A DNA stretch of 64,000 nucleotides, taken from Candidatus Spongiisociaceae bacterium (GTDB taxonomy: Bacteria; Actinomycetota; Acidimicrobiia; Spongiisociales; Spongiisociaceae). The stretch's first letter is position 1. Every line of letters starts with the position of its first letter. Of this stretch, positions 1 through 8,728 are shown in pieces. Both the position numbers and the translations under genes were made by a program. The notes below the pieces were generated by a model. The model had not been told where the DNA came from. It saw only the letters and a program-made list of their open reading frames with translations, and ran no database searches. The stretch lies in the NCBI GenBank assembly GCA_965219685.1, contig CBDCOH010000002.1:1792001-1856000 (forward strand), read 5' to 3'.

Positions 1-694
1 CGAAGACGCGGGCGGCGCATTCGGCGCCGGATACCGCTGGCGCTGGTCGAGCCCCCACAGCGGCGGCGGGGTGCTCCAGGACCACCTGCCCCACTACGTG
101 GACCTGATGCGTGACTGGACCGGTCAGGAGCCGGTCGCCGTGATGGCCGACACGAAAAACGTCGCTCGCGACCTCAAGGGTTGGTCGTCCGACGATTCGA
201 GATGGGAGGATATGGGAGTCGCCGTCATCCGATTCTCGGCCGGCTTGACCCTCCGCCTCGAATGCTCTGTGATCGGGAGGGTGCTGTCACCTCTATGGGG
301 TGCGGCGACCGGCATAGGCGAGTGGTCGGAGTGGGGATACGTCATGGGCAGCGAAGGTCAGCTGGTCTTCGACTTCCTGTCGCTTCACGCGTCCGAGCAG
401 GGGAAGATCGCCGTGTGGCGCTCGCCGGCCGCCGGTCCCCGGGGTACCGGATGGACGATGATCGAACAGCCCGAGCCCGACCGCATCCGAGGGTCTGCGC
501 CGAGCGGAGCGGCCAAGGACATGTTCGTCGGCCAGGTACGGGAATTCGCTAGGGCCATCAGAGGCGAAGCCAACCGGTCACCCGATGCCTACGACGGCGG
601 AATCTGCGTGGCCGTGATCGAGGCTGCTTACGAGGCAGCGGAGACCGACCGCACCGTCGAGATCGGATTCACTATCCCGGGCGGAGACAGATGA
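1..694 (+). CDS. Gfo/Idh/MocA-family oxidoreductase, 5'-partial (runs off the window edge)
   Basis: Frame is open from position 2 (EDAGGAFGAGYRWRWSSPHSGGGVLQDHLPHYVD). The GGG-x-x-x-D-x-x-x-H motif and the C-terminal FARAIRG...DG...AVIEAAYEAA are typical of the family. Confidence 0.8.
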   Translation, partial: EDAGGAFGAGYRWRWSSPHSGGGVLQDHLPHYVDLMRDWTGQEPVAVMADTKNVARDLKGWSSDDSRWEDMGVAVIRFSAGLTLRLECSVIGRVLSPLWGAATGIGEWSEWGYVMGSEGQLVFDFLSLHASEQGKIAVWRSPAAGPRGTGWTMIEQPEPDRIRGSAPSGAAKDMFVGQVREFARAIRGEANRSPDAYDGGICVAVIEAAYEAAETDRTVEIGFTIPGGDR

Positions 695-1617
695 CTGCGA
701 CACCCATGCTCAAGGAGCTTCTGGGCCGGGGAAGGCCGGTCTGGATCATGGGCGCTCACGACGTGGTGTCCGCCAAGATCGTCGAGGACGCCGGGTTCGA
801 CGCCGTTGGAATCCAGTCTCTGCAGATCGCAATGGTGGAGGGCCTGCCGGATATCGGGTTGATCACGCCGGACTACGTTGTCGATCTTTGTCGCCGCGTG
901 CGCCGCGCCGTCGACATCCCGATCGTCGTCGATTTCGAGCAGGGCTTCGGGGAGCCATACGCAGCAGTCCATTGGATGAGGGAGTTCGAAGCTGCCGGAG
1001 TCTCAGCAGTGCATATCGACGACTACGGACTCCCATACAAGTGCACCTTCTTCCCACCACACACCATGGGTCTAGAGTCCGTGGACGAAACGGCGGCCAA
1101 GATCCGGGCGATGGTGTCAGAGCGGTCCAACCCGGACTTCATGGTCATCGGTCGTCCCGGCACCTACGTCGCCACCGTCCACGACAACGAAGAGGAGCGG
1201 CGTCGTGATTGGCTGGTGCGTGCCGAGCGTTACTTGGAAGCAGGGTCGGACGCCCTGTTCGCCATCTGCCCGACCGTGGAGTCGGCCAGGTATTTCAGGC
1301 AGGCGGTAGACGCACCCCTGATGACGATCAGAACTCTCGGCACCGAGATGCACGACGAGATCTTCCACTACGAAGAGCCGATCGTCGGATTGTCGATCGA
1401 CGAGATATACGGGCTGGGCTACGAGATGTTCATCGAGCCGACGACGCTGCTCGGCCCGGCGATCAACGCCATGGTCGCGGCCGCAGCCTCAGTCAAGGCA
1501 ACAGGTCGATCGGATTCGGTGTCGGAAGAGCACGGCGAGTTGCAAGAGTTGCTGACGCGATGGGCCGATGCCTCCACCCTGGCTCGATTCACCCAGCAGT
1601 ATTACACAGACGTGTGA
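691..1617 (+). CDS. Isocitrate lyase/PEP mutase-family enzyme with a divergent active-site loop
   Basis: GAHDVVSAKIVEDAGFDAV, VDFEQGFG and AGVSAVHIDD; the usual K-R/K-C-G-H loop reads YKCTF. ATGA overlap with the upstream gene. Confidence 0.85.
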   Translation: MTATPMLKELLGRGRPVWIMGAHDVVSAKIVEDAGFDAVGIQSLQIAMVEGLPDIGLITPDYVVDLCRRVRRAVDIPIVVDFEQGFGEPYAAVHWMREFEAAGVSAVHIDDYGLPYKCTFFPPHTMGLESVDETAAKIRAMVSERSNPDFMVIGRPGTYVATVHDNEEERRRDWLVRAERYLEAGSDALFAICPTVESARYFRQAVDAPLMTIRTLGTEMHDEIFHYEEPIVGLSIDEIYGLGYEMFIEPTTLLGPAINAMVAAAASVKATGRSDSVSEEHGELQELLTRWADASTLARFTQQYYTDV

Positions 1618-1665
1618 GCAGCAGCGGCTCAGCCGTACGCAGGCGTAATCGATGAGGAAGGGTTG

Positions 1666-2457
1666 ATGGATACAGGACTAGCTGGGAAGACAGCACTGGT
1701 CACCGGTGGCGGTACCGGCATCGGGCTGGCAATCGCTTCGGCGCTGGCGGACGAGGGCGTGAACGTGGCCGTGGCGAGTCGCACCGAACGGCCGGAGACG
1801 CTGAGAGTACTGCGCGAGAAGGGAGTTCGTGCTTCCTGGTTCCGGACTGATGTTGGAAACGAAGCCGACATCGTTTCCACCGTTGCTGCAATCCTCTCAG
1901 GCTTCGGGCGTATCGATCTGATCGTCAGCAATGCTGCGCAAACGCACCACGAGCCGATCACCCGCATAACCGCGAGCAGGTGGGAGACCACACTCGCCAC
2001 AAATCTGTCGGGATGCGTGTTTCTGTGTCGCGAGGCACTGAGCCACATGATTCGCGCCGGTCGGGGCAGCGTCCTCGTCATCGGCTCCACGGCGGCCCAT
2101 GTCCCTTTGTACAAGGAATCGGCGTACCGAGCGTCGAAGGCGGGACTCAAGGCGATCGTCGAAGTCATGGCAATCGAGACCGCACCTTATGGCATCCGGG
2201 TGAACCTTCTCACCCCGGGAGCCTTTCCTACCGCGCTGCTCAAGGATCTCCCCGATGGCCAAATCGACGGCAGGTACTTTCCGATGGGTCGAATGGGAAG
2301 GTTCGAGGAAATCGGAGCGGCGGCCGTCTTCCTCCTCTCCGACGCCCTCAGCGGCTACACGACAGGCACCGAACTGGTCGTCGACGGAGGTTACCGACTC
2401 CGGCCGATGGACCTATATAGCGCCGATGAGCTACGGGATCTCAACTCCGGCGAGTGA
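1666..2457 (+). CDS. Short-chain dehydrogenase/reductase (SDR)
   Basis: TGGGTGIG, SNAA, YRASK and VVDGG motifs; GAGGAAGG RBS upstream. Confidence 0.9.
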   Translation: MDTGLAGKTALVTGGGTGIGLAIASALADEGVNVAVASRTERPETLRVLREKGVRASWFRTDVGNEADIVSTVAAILSGFGRIDLIVSNAAQTHHEPITRITASRWETTLATNLSGCVFLCREALSHMIRAGRGSVLVIGSTAAHVPLYKESAYRASKAGLKAIVEVMAIETAPYGIRVNLLTPGAFPTALLKDLPDGQIDGRYFPMGRMGRFEEIGAAAVFLLSDALSGYTTGTELVVDGGYRLRPMDLYSADELRDLNSGE

Positions 2458-2474
2458 ACCGGGCTGACCTATAA

Positions 2475-2891
2475 ACGCCGGCAGCCGGGAGGGGCCTCAA
2501 CCTGGGGATCCTCTTCCCCGACGAGCACGACTGGCAGGTCACCGCCAACTGGGTGACCCGCAACCTCCGGGCCTACGGACTGTCGGACGTGGTGAGCGAC
2601 ATCGCCTTCGTACCGATGCACGTCGAGGGTGAGGACAGCCTGATCGGCAACATGGATGTGACCGCCGAGATCGTCCAGGACCGGTTCCGCCGCCAACTCC
2701 ACGAACACGCCGTACCGGCCGCCAGGGCCATGCTCGAGCGGGGACCCGTGGACGCCATCCTCTTCGGCTGCACCATATGGGGTGGCATGATCCGGGAGGT
2801 GGACCACTTGATCGACGCGGTATGCATCGACCCGATGGTCGCGTCACTCCACCTCGCCGAAGCTCAGGTAAGGATGACGAAGCTGGCCTGA
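2475..2891 (+). pseudogene. 5'-truncated Asp/Glu/hydantoin racemase-family fragment
   Basis: Only the C-terminal half is present (LGILFP...DAILFGCT...IDPMVASL). In-frame TAA at 2472 leaves no room for the N-terminal domain. Confidence 0.6.
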
Positions 2892-3051
2892 GGATGACCC
2901 CTCGCGGCGACGTCCGGTTGGCTGGGGGTTGAGAGACGCGGGAACTTACCTCTGATCGGGGCCGAATAGCGCGCCGCCATGCCTTCACGCGGCACATGTG
3001 GGAGCCTCGCAGAAGGTTGCGCGGTACCCGGAGTGGTCACCTACGGCCCGT

Positions 3052-3225
3052 CTAGCTCCCGTTCACGATCGCATTCGTAGTGGCGGCGGTCGTAGCGATT
3101 CCCGCCAGGATCGCACCGACCAGCCAGCGGATAAACCGGTTTATCGCCTGCTCGAAGCGCAACTCCGCAGTCGCCAGAGCTTCCCGGGCCTTGGCGTCGG
3201 CATAACCCTCCGTTGCAGATGTCAT
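3052..3225 (-). CDS. Small 57-aa protein with an amphipathic helix and C-terminal hydrophobic segment (below the ORF-track cutoff)
   Basis: Hand translation MTSATEGYADAKAREALATAELRFEQAINRFIRWLVGAILAGIATTAATTNAIVNGS*; AGAGGGGGG RBS just upstream. Confidence 0.55.
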   Translation of the reverse strand: MTSATEGYADAKAREALATAELRFEQAINRFIRWLVGAILAGIATTAATTNAIVNGS

Positions 3226-3335
3226 GCTGCTATACCCCCCTCTTGATGTCTCTCTATCGTAACCTATCGCACAGATCAGATCAATCCCGAGTCACACGGC
3301 GGGAGACCGGAGCGCGACAGGGCCGGTGGTGGACC

Positions 3336-4343
3336 TCAACTTCCGCTATTCGGAAGGGGGCCCGGCACTGAACGACTTCCTTCGTCCCTCAAGCGACGGT
3401 CCGATTCGAGCTTCATCAGCTCGCGGTCGCGCCATCGCAGGTGATCTTCCCGCTGTGCCGAGGGGAACCGGGTTTCGAGATCCTCGGCTACTCGCTCGAT
3501 GACTTCCTCGGTCCACGGGTTGTCGCTACCGCGAGCCACCGCCATGCGCGAGTAGGCCGCTCCCACCGTCCGTGCATGAGCACGGATCCCACCCCGGGTA
3601 TTCAACTCGGCGGTGGTGAGAGGCCCGATTATCGACCAGCGGCGGCCCAGCCCCTCGGTTACCACCCGGTCTAGATCCGCGGGGGCGATCACGCCATCTC
3701 TCACCAGGCACAACGCCTCCCGTAGAACGGCGCCCTGCAGCCGGTTGAACACAAGGCATTCGATCTCGCGCCGGATGGTGACCGGGACCATTCCGGCCTC
3801 CGCCAGCAGGTGGCTGACGGACTCGACCGCATCCGGATCTGTGAACGGAGCGGGGGCGACCTCCACCACCTTGACCAGGTACGGGGGATTGCCGGGATGG
3901 ACGAGAAGGCAGCGCGCCCTCCCTCCTAGGTCCGAGGCGATGTCGGAGATGGTCATGCTGGACGACGAACTGGCCAGAGTCGTTCCGGCATCCGCAATGG
4001 AATCGAGCCGCCTGAAGAGTTCCACCTTCAGATCGAGCGACTCGGGAACGCACTCCTGGACATGCTTGGCTCCATCGAGCACCGAGGCAAGGTCAGCCCC
4101 GACTCCGACCCGGGTTATGACATCCTCCGGATCCTCGGGCAGGAGACCGTGCTCGTCCAGCTCGGCCAAGCGCGAAGCCAACTCGGAAGGTATGGCCCGG
4201 CGGCGGCCACCGACGGGCTCGTAGACGGCTACGTCGAACCCTGCCCGGGCGAACATGATCGCCCACCCGACCCCGATCTGACCGCCACCCACGATGGCGA
4301 TCCGGTGGTCGCCGGGCTCCCCCGACCGATCGCCGGGATTCAC
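3336..4343 (-). CDS. 3-hydroxyacyl-CoA dehydrogenase family (L-gulonate/carnitine dehydrogenase-like)
   Basis: GGGQIG Rossmann motif, VQECVPE...K, LASSSS, HPGNPPYL and NRLQGAVLREA. Confidence 0.85.
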   Translation of the reverse strand: MNPGDRSGEPGDHRIAIVGGGQIGVGWAIMFARAGFDVAVYEPVGGRRRAIPSELASRLAELDEHGLLPEDPEDVITRVGVGADLASVLDGAKHVQECVPESLDLKVELFRRLDSIADAGTTLASSSSSMTISDIASDLGGRARCLLVHPGNPPYLVKVVEVAPAPFTDPDAVESVSHLLAEAGMVPVTIRREIECLVFNRLQGAVLREALCLVRDGVIAPADLDRVVTEGLGRRWSIIGPLTTAELNTRGGIRAHARTVGAAYSRMAVARGSDNPWTEEVIERVAEDLETRFPSAQREDHLRWRDRELMKLESDRRLRDEGSRSVPGPLPNSGS

Positions 4344-4353
4344 ACTCGTGGTT

Positions 4354-5289
4354 TCACCCCAGTCCTAGCGAGGCGCACACACCGTCGAGCTGGTCGATCA
4401 ACACCTTCATCTCAGACACCCGGCGCTGTCCTTCCGCGCCGAGCTCCGGGAAGGTGGTGAGGGGCGCCCTCACATCACCCATCGGGTGGCCGACCAGCGC
4501 AGCCAGGGCCTTGGAGTAGCACTGGTGCCCGTAGGTGGGATGCCCGGCCGCGATGATGTGGTCGATCCGGTCGATCAGGCGCCAGATGGACCGGGCGTCG
4601 TCGATACGGCCCGCTTCGAGCAACTCGAAGATGCGGCCCGACGCCAGCGGGAGGTAGTTGCCGTACGGGTTGACGTACCCGATCGCTCCGAGCAGGTAGG
4701 AGTCGACGACCCACTCCCCCGCGTACACCTTCATCCGTCCGTCCGTGGCCTCTATGACCTCCCTAACACGTGAGAGGTGCAGGCTCGACTCCTTGATGTA
4801 CTGGATGCTCTCCAGGTTGTTGCAGAGCCTCGCCACCAGAGCCGCCGACATGTCCACGTTCGAGGTGACGGGATTGTTGTACAGCATGACGGGGATGGAG
4901 ATCGCCGCGTCGATGGCCGCGTAGTAGTTGAAGATCTCGTCGTCGGTGGGCGTGTAGTAGTAGGGGGGGATGATCATCACCCCGTCGGCGCCCTGCGCCT
5001 CGGCCTCGCGGCTGTAGCGGACCGCGTTGGGCGTGTGGGCGTTCATCGTGCCGATGATCACGGGAATCCGGCCGTTGATGTGATTGACGTAGGTGTCTAC
5101 GAGCAGCCGGCGCTCCTCGTCGTTCACGGTCAGGAACTCACCCGTGCTTCCCAGCGCGATAACCCCCGGTACGCCGACATCCAACTGCCAGTCGAGGAAG
5201 TCCTTCAACGCACCGACATCGATCGCCGAGCCATCCTGGGTGAAGGGAGTGACCGTCACCGTGTAGCTGCCCCGAAATTCCTTGGCCAT
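4354..5289 (-). CDS. DapA/dihydrodipicolinate synthase-family Schiff-base lyase or deaminase
   Basis: GSTGEF, PPYY, LYNNP and IKESS (Schiff-base Lys). Confidence 0.9.
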   Translation of the reverse strand: MAKEFRGSYTVTVTPFTQDGSAIDVGALKDFLDWQLDVGVPGVIALGSTGEFLTVNDEERRLLVDTYVNHINGRIPVIIGTMNAHTPNAVRYSREAEAQGADGVMIIPPYYYTPTDDEIFNYYAAIDAAISIPVMLYNNPVTSNVDMSAALVARLCNNLESIQYIKESSLHLSRVREVIEATDGRMKVYAGEWVVDSYLLGAIGYVNPYGNYLPLASGRIFELLEAGRIDDARSIWRLIDRIDHIIAAGHPTYGHQCYSKALAALVGHPMGDVRAPLTTFPELGAEGQRRVSEMKVLIDQLDGVCASLGLG

Positions 5290-5296
5290 TTTTCCT

Positions 5297-5440
5297 CCAG
5301 TTGCCGGTTGCCAGTGGTCAGTGGTCAGTTGCCGGTTGACTCTAACTCACCGCCTACCTGACCGCCGCTCTGTTCGGCCTCCTCGCTCCCACCACCAGCC
5401 ACGAAACCCCTGCCACTGGCTACTTCCCACCGACCACCGA
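5297..5440. repeat. Bipartite degenerate heptamer element
   Basis: Six YCRGTKG heptamers at 5297-5338, then four roughly complementary heptamers (CCACTGG, CTACTTC, CCACCGA x2) at 5413-5440. Confidence 0.7.
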
Positions 5441-7150
5441 GTCAGCTACTTCGGATATGAACACGGGGCGGACCGGGGCTTGGGGGGCGAACCCGGAGAA
5501 CTCGTGGGGAGCGATACCGCTCGCCTCCGCGGCCAGCGCTAGCACCGACGGGCTGCAGTAACGCCCCTGGCACTTGCCCATACCTGCCCTGGTCAGCCGT
5601 TTCGCAGCCCCCGCAGTGCCCGCACCAACACCGAACGAGCTGCGCAACTCACCGAGAGGAACCGATTCGCATCTGCATACCAGGGTGGTATCGCGGGCTA
5701 ACTGCGTCGTCAGGGGCTCGGCCCGGTACAGGTTCTCGAGATGCCGCTGGAACCTGGTGTGGCGGCGCAATAGGCGGCGCCCGGCGTCCCGGATGGACGT
5801 TCCCTCCTCGCCGGCCATACCGGCGTCGGCCAGGATGTCGGCGGCCGCCAGCGAGCCCAGCGCTCCGGCGACATAGGCGCCCTTGACACCCCCGGCATCG
5901 CCGACGACCCACACCGAGGGAACCGAAGTACGACCGGTGCCGCTCCGGGTGACGACCAGGTTCCCGGAGCGCTGATCGACGTGGTGGTCGCAACCCAGCG
6001 CCCGGGATATCTCGTTGGCGGGCACGAACCCGTATCCGAGGCACACCGCGTCGGCTGCAATCTCCCGCTCGGTGCCGATGCGGTGGCCGGACGGATCGAG
6101 GCGGGCGACCACCGCGGCCTCCACTCTTCCGTCTCCCAACACCTCGACGACCGAACTCCGGTCGATCACCGGTACACGAGCCCGGGCCAGGGTCACCCGG
6201 TATTCGAATCCCTTGCGCACCAGCTCGGGCGCCGACAGGAGCATTCCGATCCCGGACCGCCAGTTCTTCCACCCGCGCAGGTCGGCCTGTTCCACCAGGG
6301 CGGGCACCGTGACTCCCGACCGCACCAACTCGGCTGCCACCTGCATGTTGAGGGGACCGTTCCCCGACAGCAGCACCCGCTGCCCGGGCGCCACCTGACT
6401 GGAGCGGAGGAGGGTCTGGGCGGCGCCCGTGGTCATCACACCGGGAAGGGTCCAGCCGGGGATCGGGACCGCCCGCTCGTGCGCTCCGGTGGCGAGCACT
6501 AGGCGTTCCGGCCTCAGAACCCACGAGCAACCGTCGCTGCGGGCGGTGAGCAGGTCGGGCCGGAAGGCTCCCCAGATCGTCACCCCGTTGATCACCCGGA
6601 CCCCGGCTTCCCTCACCCTCTGCACGAGGGCGCGCCCGGCGCGGTACTGGGAATCGAGGCGCCCTTCCTCGATATCCCGGTCCGGGGCGGGCTGCTTGTA
6701 GAACTGGCCCCCGAGCTTGGAACGCTCGTCCATCAGCACGACCTCCACGCCCGCTTCCGCAATCGTCGCCGCGGCCGTGAGCCCGGCCGGCCCCCCACCC
6801 ACGACGAGGACCGGCGGCGACAGATCTCGTACCTCAGATGCCCCGCCACCGGGAACGGGCGTCTCGACCCTGGTAGGTTGGAGCCCGACGGCCATCCTGT
6901 CAGCGGCCGCGACCATGCAAGCCAGCCGGCCCGGGTCGCCGTCGACGACGACCGCGCACTCGTGGCACGCCCCCATGCCACAGAAGACTCCCCGATGCCC
7001 CCCTTCGTTGGATTCCCTGAGGGCCAGATGGCCGGCCGCGGTCAGCGCGGCGGCCAGGGTGTCACCCGCAGCCGCCTCCACGGTCCGGCCGTCGTAGCTG
7101 ATCCGGAGCGTCCCCTCCGGTTCGGCGACCCCCGGGACGCCAACCCGCAT
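5420..7150 (-). CDS. 2Fe-2S plus FAD/NAD(P) oxidoreductase fusion (HcnA-HcnB / opine oxidase / sarcosine oxidase alpha-like) with C-terminal BFD-like cluster
   Basis: N-terminal FCGMGACHEC...LAC; GGGPAG; LATGAHER...PGWTLPGVMT; C-terminal CRCE...RAGMGKCQGRYC. Confidence 0.85.
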   Translation of the reverse strand: MRVGVPGVAEPEGTLRISYDGRTVEAAAGDTLAAALTAAGHLALRESNEGGHRGVFCGMGACHECAVVVDGDPGRLACMVAAADRMAVGLQPTRVETPVPGGGASEVRDLSPPVLVVGGGPAGLTAAATIAEAGVEVVLMDERSKLGGQFYKQPAPDRDIEEGRLDSQYRAGRALVQRVREAGVRVINGVTIWGAFRPDLLTARSDGCSWVLRPERLVLATGAHERAVPIPGWTLPGVMTTGAAQTLLRSSQVAPGQRVLLSGNGPLNMQVAAELVRSGVTVPALVEQADLRGWKNWRSGIGMLLSAPELVRKGFEYRVTLARARVPVIDRSSVVEVLGDGRVEAAVVARLDPSGHRIGTEREIAADAVCLGYGFVPANEISRALGCDHHVDQRSGNLVVTRSGTGRTSVPSVWVVGDAGGVKGAYVAGALGSLAAADILADAGMAGEEGTSIRDAGRRLLRRHTRFQRHLENLYRAEPLTTQLARDTTLVCRCESVPLGELRSSFGVGAGTAGAAKRLTRAGMGKCQGRYCSPSVLALAAEASGIAPHEFSGFAPQAPVRPVFISEVADSVVGGK

Positions 7151-7186
7151 GGCGGAGATCAGTCTCTCGTCAGCGGAGGCCGCTCT

Positions 7187-8728
7187 TCATCCGCCGTTCT
7201 TGCGCCGGTGGGCACGCCACGTGGTCGCCCACCTGGCGGGATCGTCCAGGCCAGACCCGACAATGCGGTGGATCGGTTGGTTGTGGGGGGCGGTCTTCAC
7301 GAGTTCAGGATCGGTGCGCGCCTCTTCGCAGATGGCCGCGATAACGTCGATCCAGTAGTCCATGTCCTCGATCGACCACATCTCGCCGGGCTCCGGCGTG
7401 AACGGCTCCGGGATGAACCAAGGCTCGTGGCTCATCCAGAAGGCATCCACCCCGTAGTCCACCATGCGGTTGGCGACGTCGACCGTGCCGACCCCGGTCT
7501 CCTCGGTGAGTTCCCCGAGGCTGTAGCGGGTCATCTCCATCCGGTGCTTGTCCAGATGGGATAGGCCTTTGGATACGCCGGGGATCTCCAGCAGGCGGGT
7601 CTCCATGTAGTTGTTGGCCAGCAGGGAGAGATCGGCCGCCTCCTTGACCCCGGCCGCGCCCAGGGCCCGCAGCCACGCGTACGCCTTGATAATCACCGGG
7701 ATGTTGCCCAGGTACTCCCGCACCTGGGTGCTGCCGGCCTGCCCCGAAACCTCGATCGTGTAGCCGTCGTCGCCCTTGACCACCACCGGCGTGGTTAGGA
7801 ACGGGGCCAGATCGCTCGAGCATCCGTAAGCGCCCACCGCGGGCCCGCCGCCGGCCTTCGGAGCTCCGAAAGTCTTGTGGAGCATCATCATGCAGGCGTC
7901 GAAACCCAGTTCCCGGGCGCGGATCCTGCCCATTACCCCGTTGAAGTTGGCGTGGTCGTAGAAGCAGAGTCCGCCCACCGAGTGGACGATCTCCACCCAC
8001 TCCTTGATGTGCGGGTTGTAGATGCCGATGTCGTCGGGGTTGTTGACCATCAGGGCGGCGGTTCGCTCCGACGCCACCGACCGGAGCGCCTCCACCGATG
8101 CGTAACCCTCTTCCTCCAGCGGGAGGGTTATCACGTCGAAACCAGCCGCCGCCGCGGTCGCCGGGTTGCACGGATGGGCCTGCGCGGTGGTGATGATCTC
8201 CCGCCTCTGCGCCAGGTTCCCGGCTGCCTCGTGATAGGCGCGGGTCACGGTGGCGTGCAGGAAGGCGGCGTCGGCGCCACCGCCCGGCTGGAACACGAAC
8301 TGGTCCATACCTGTGAGGTCCCGGAGCATCAGGTCCAGGCCGTGGATCACCTCGAGCGTCCCCTGCAACGTCCCGATGTCCTGGTCGGGGTGCGTGTCGG
8401 CCACGAACGGCAAACGGGTCATCGACTCGGTCAGCCTCGGGTTGTACTTCATCGTGCAGGTGCCGAACAGGCTGATGCCCATCATCCCCAGGGTCTCCTG
8501 CGACAGGTGCAGGTAATGGCGCAGCACCTCCGGCTCGGACAGCTCGGGCAGTTCGGCCGCCTCGTCACGTCTCACCGACTCCGGCACCAGATCGGTGGCC
8601 TCGCCGATCCCGTCGAACTCATCGCCGTCGTCGGGGAACAGGACCCCGCGCCTTCCGGGGGCGCCCAGTTCCATGACTAGTGGCTCGTCCCAGACCGCGG
8701 CGTGGTATTTCCTCAAACCCTTCGTCAT
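7187..8728 (-). CDS. gcvPB: Glycine dehydrogenase (decarboxylating) subunit 2-like PLP protein, divergent
   Basis: LPELSEPEVLRHY..LSQ, GTCTMKYNP, LHKTF PLP-Lys motif and GGGPAVG. Confidence 0.85.
   Translation of the reverse strand: MTKGLRKYHAAVWDEPLVMELGAPGRRGVLFPDDGDEFDGIGEATDLVPESVRRDEAAELPELSEPEVLRHYLHLSQETLGMMGISLFGTCTMKYNPRLTESMTRLPFVADTHPDQDIGTLQGTLEVIHGLDLMLRDLTGMDQFVFQPGGGADAAFLHATVTRAYHEAAGNLAQRREIITTAQAHPCNPATAAAAGFDVITLPLEEEGYASVEALRSVASERTAALMVNNPDDIGIYNPHIKEWVEIVHSVGGLCFYDHANFNGVMGRIRARELGFDACMMMLHKTFGAPKAGGGPAVGAYGCSSDLAPFLTTPVVVKGDDGYTIEVSGQAGSTQVREYLGNIPVIIKAYAWLRALGAAGVKEAADLSLLANNYMETRLLEIPGVSKGLSHLDKHRMEMTRYSLGELTEETGVGTVDVANRMVDYGVDAFWMSHEPWFIPEPFTPEPGEMWSIEDMDYWIDVIAAICEEARTDPELVKTAPHNQPIHRIVGSGLDDPARWATTWRAHRRKNGG

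Noticed and set aside
5420-7150. Hydrogen cyanide synthase call
   Set aside because: The architecture is shared with opine, sarcosine and hydroxyproline oxidases; the sequence alone cannot assign cyanogenesis.
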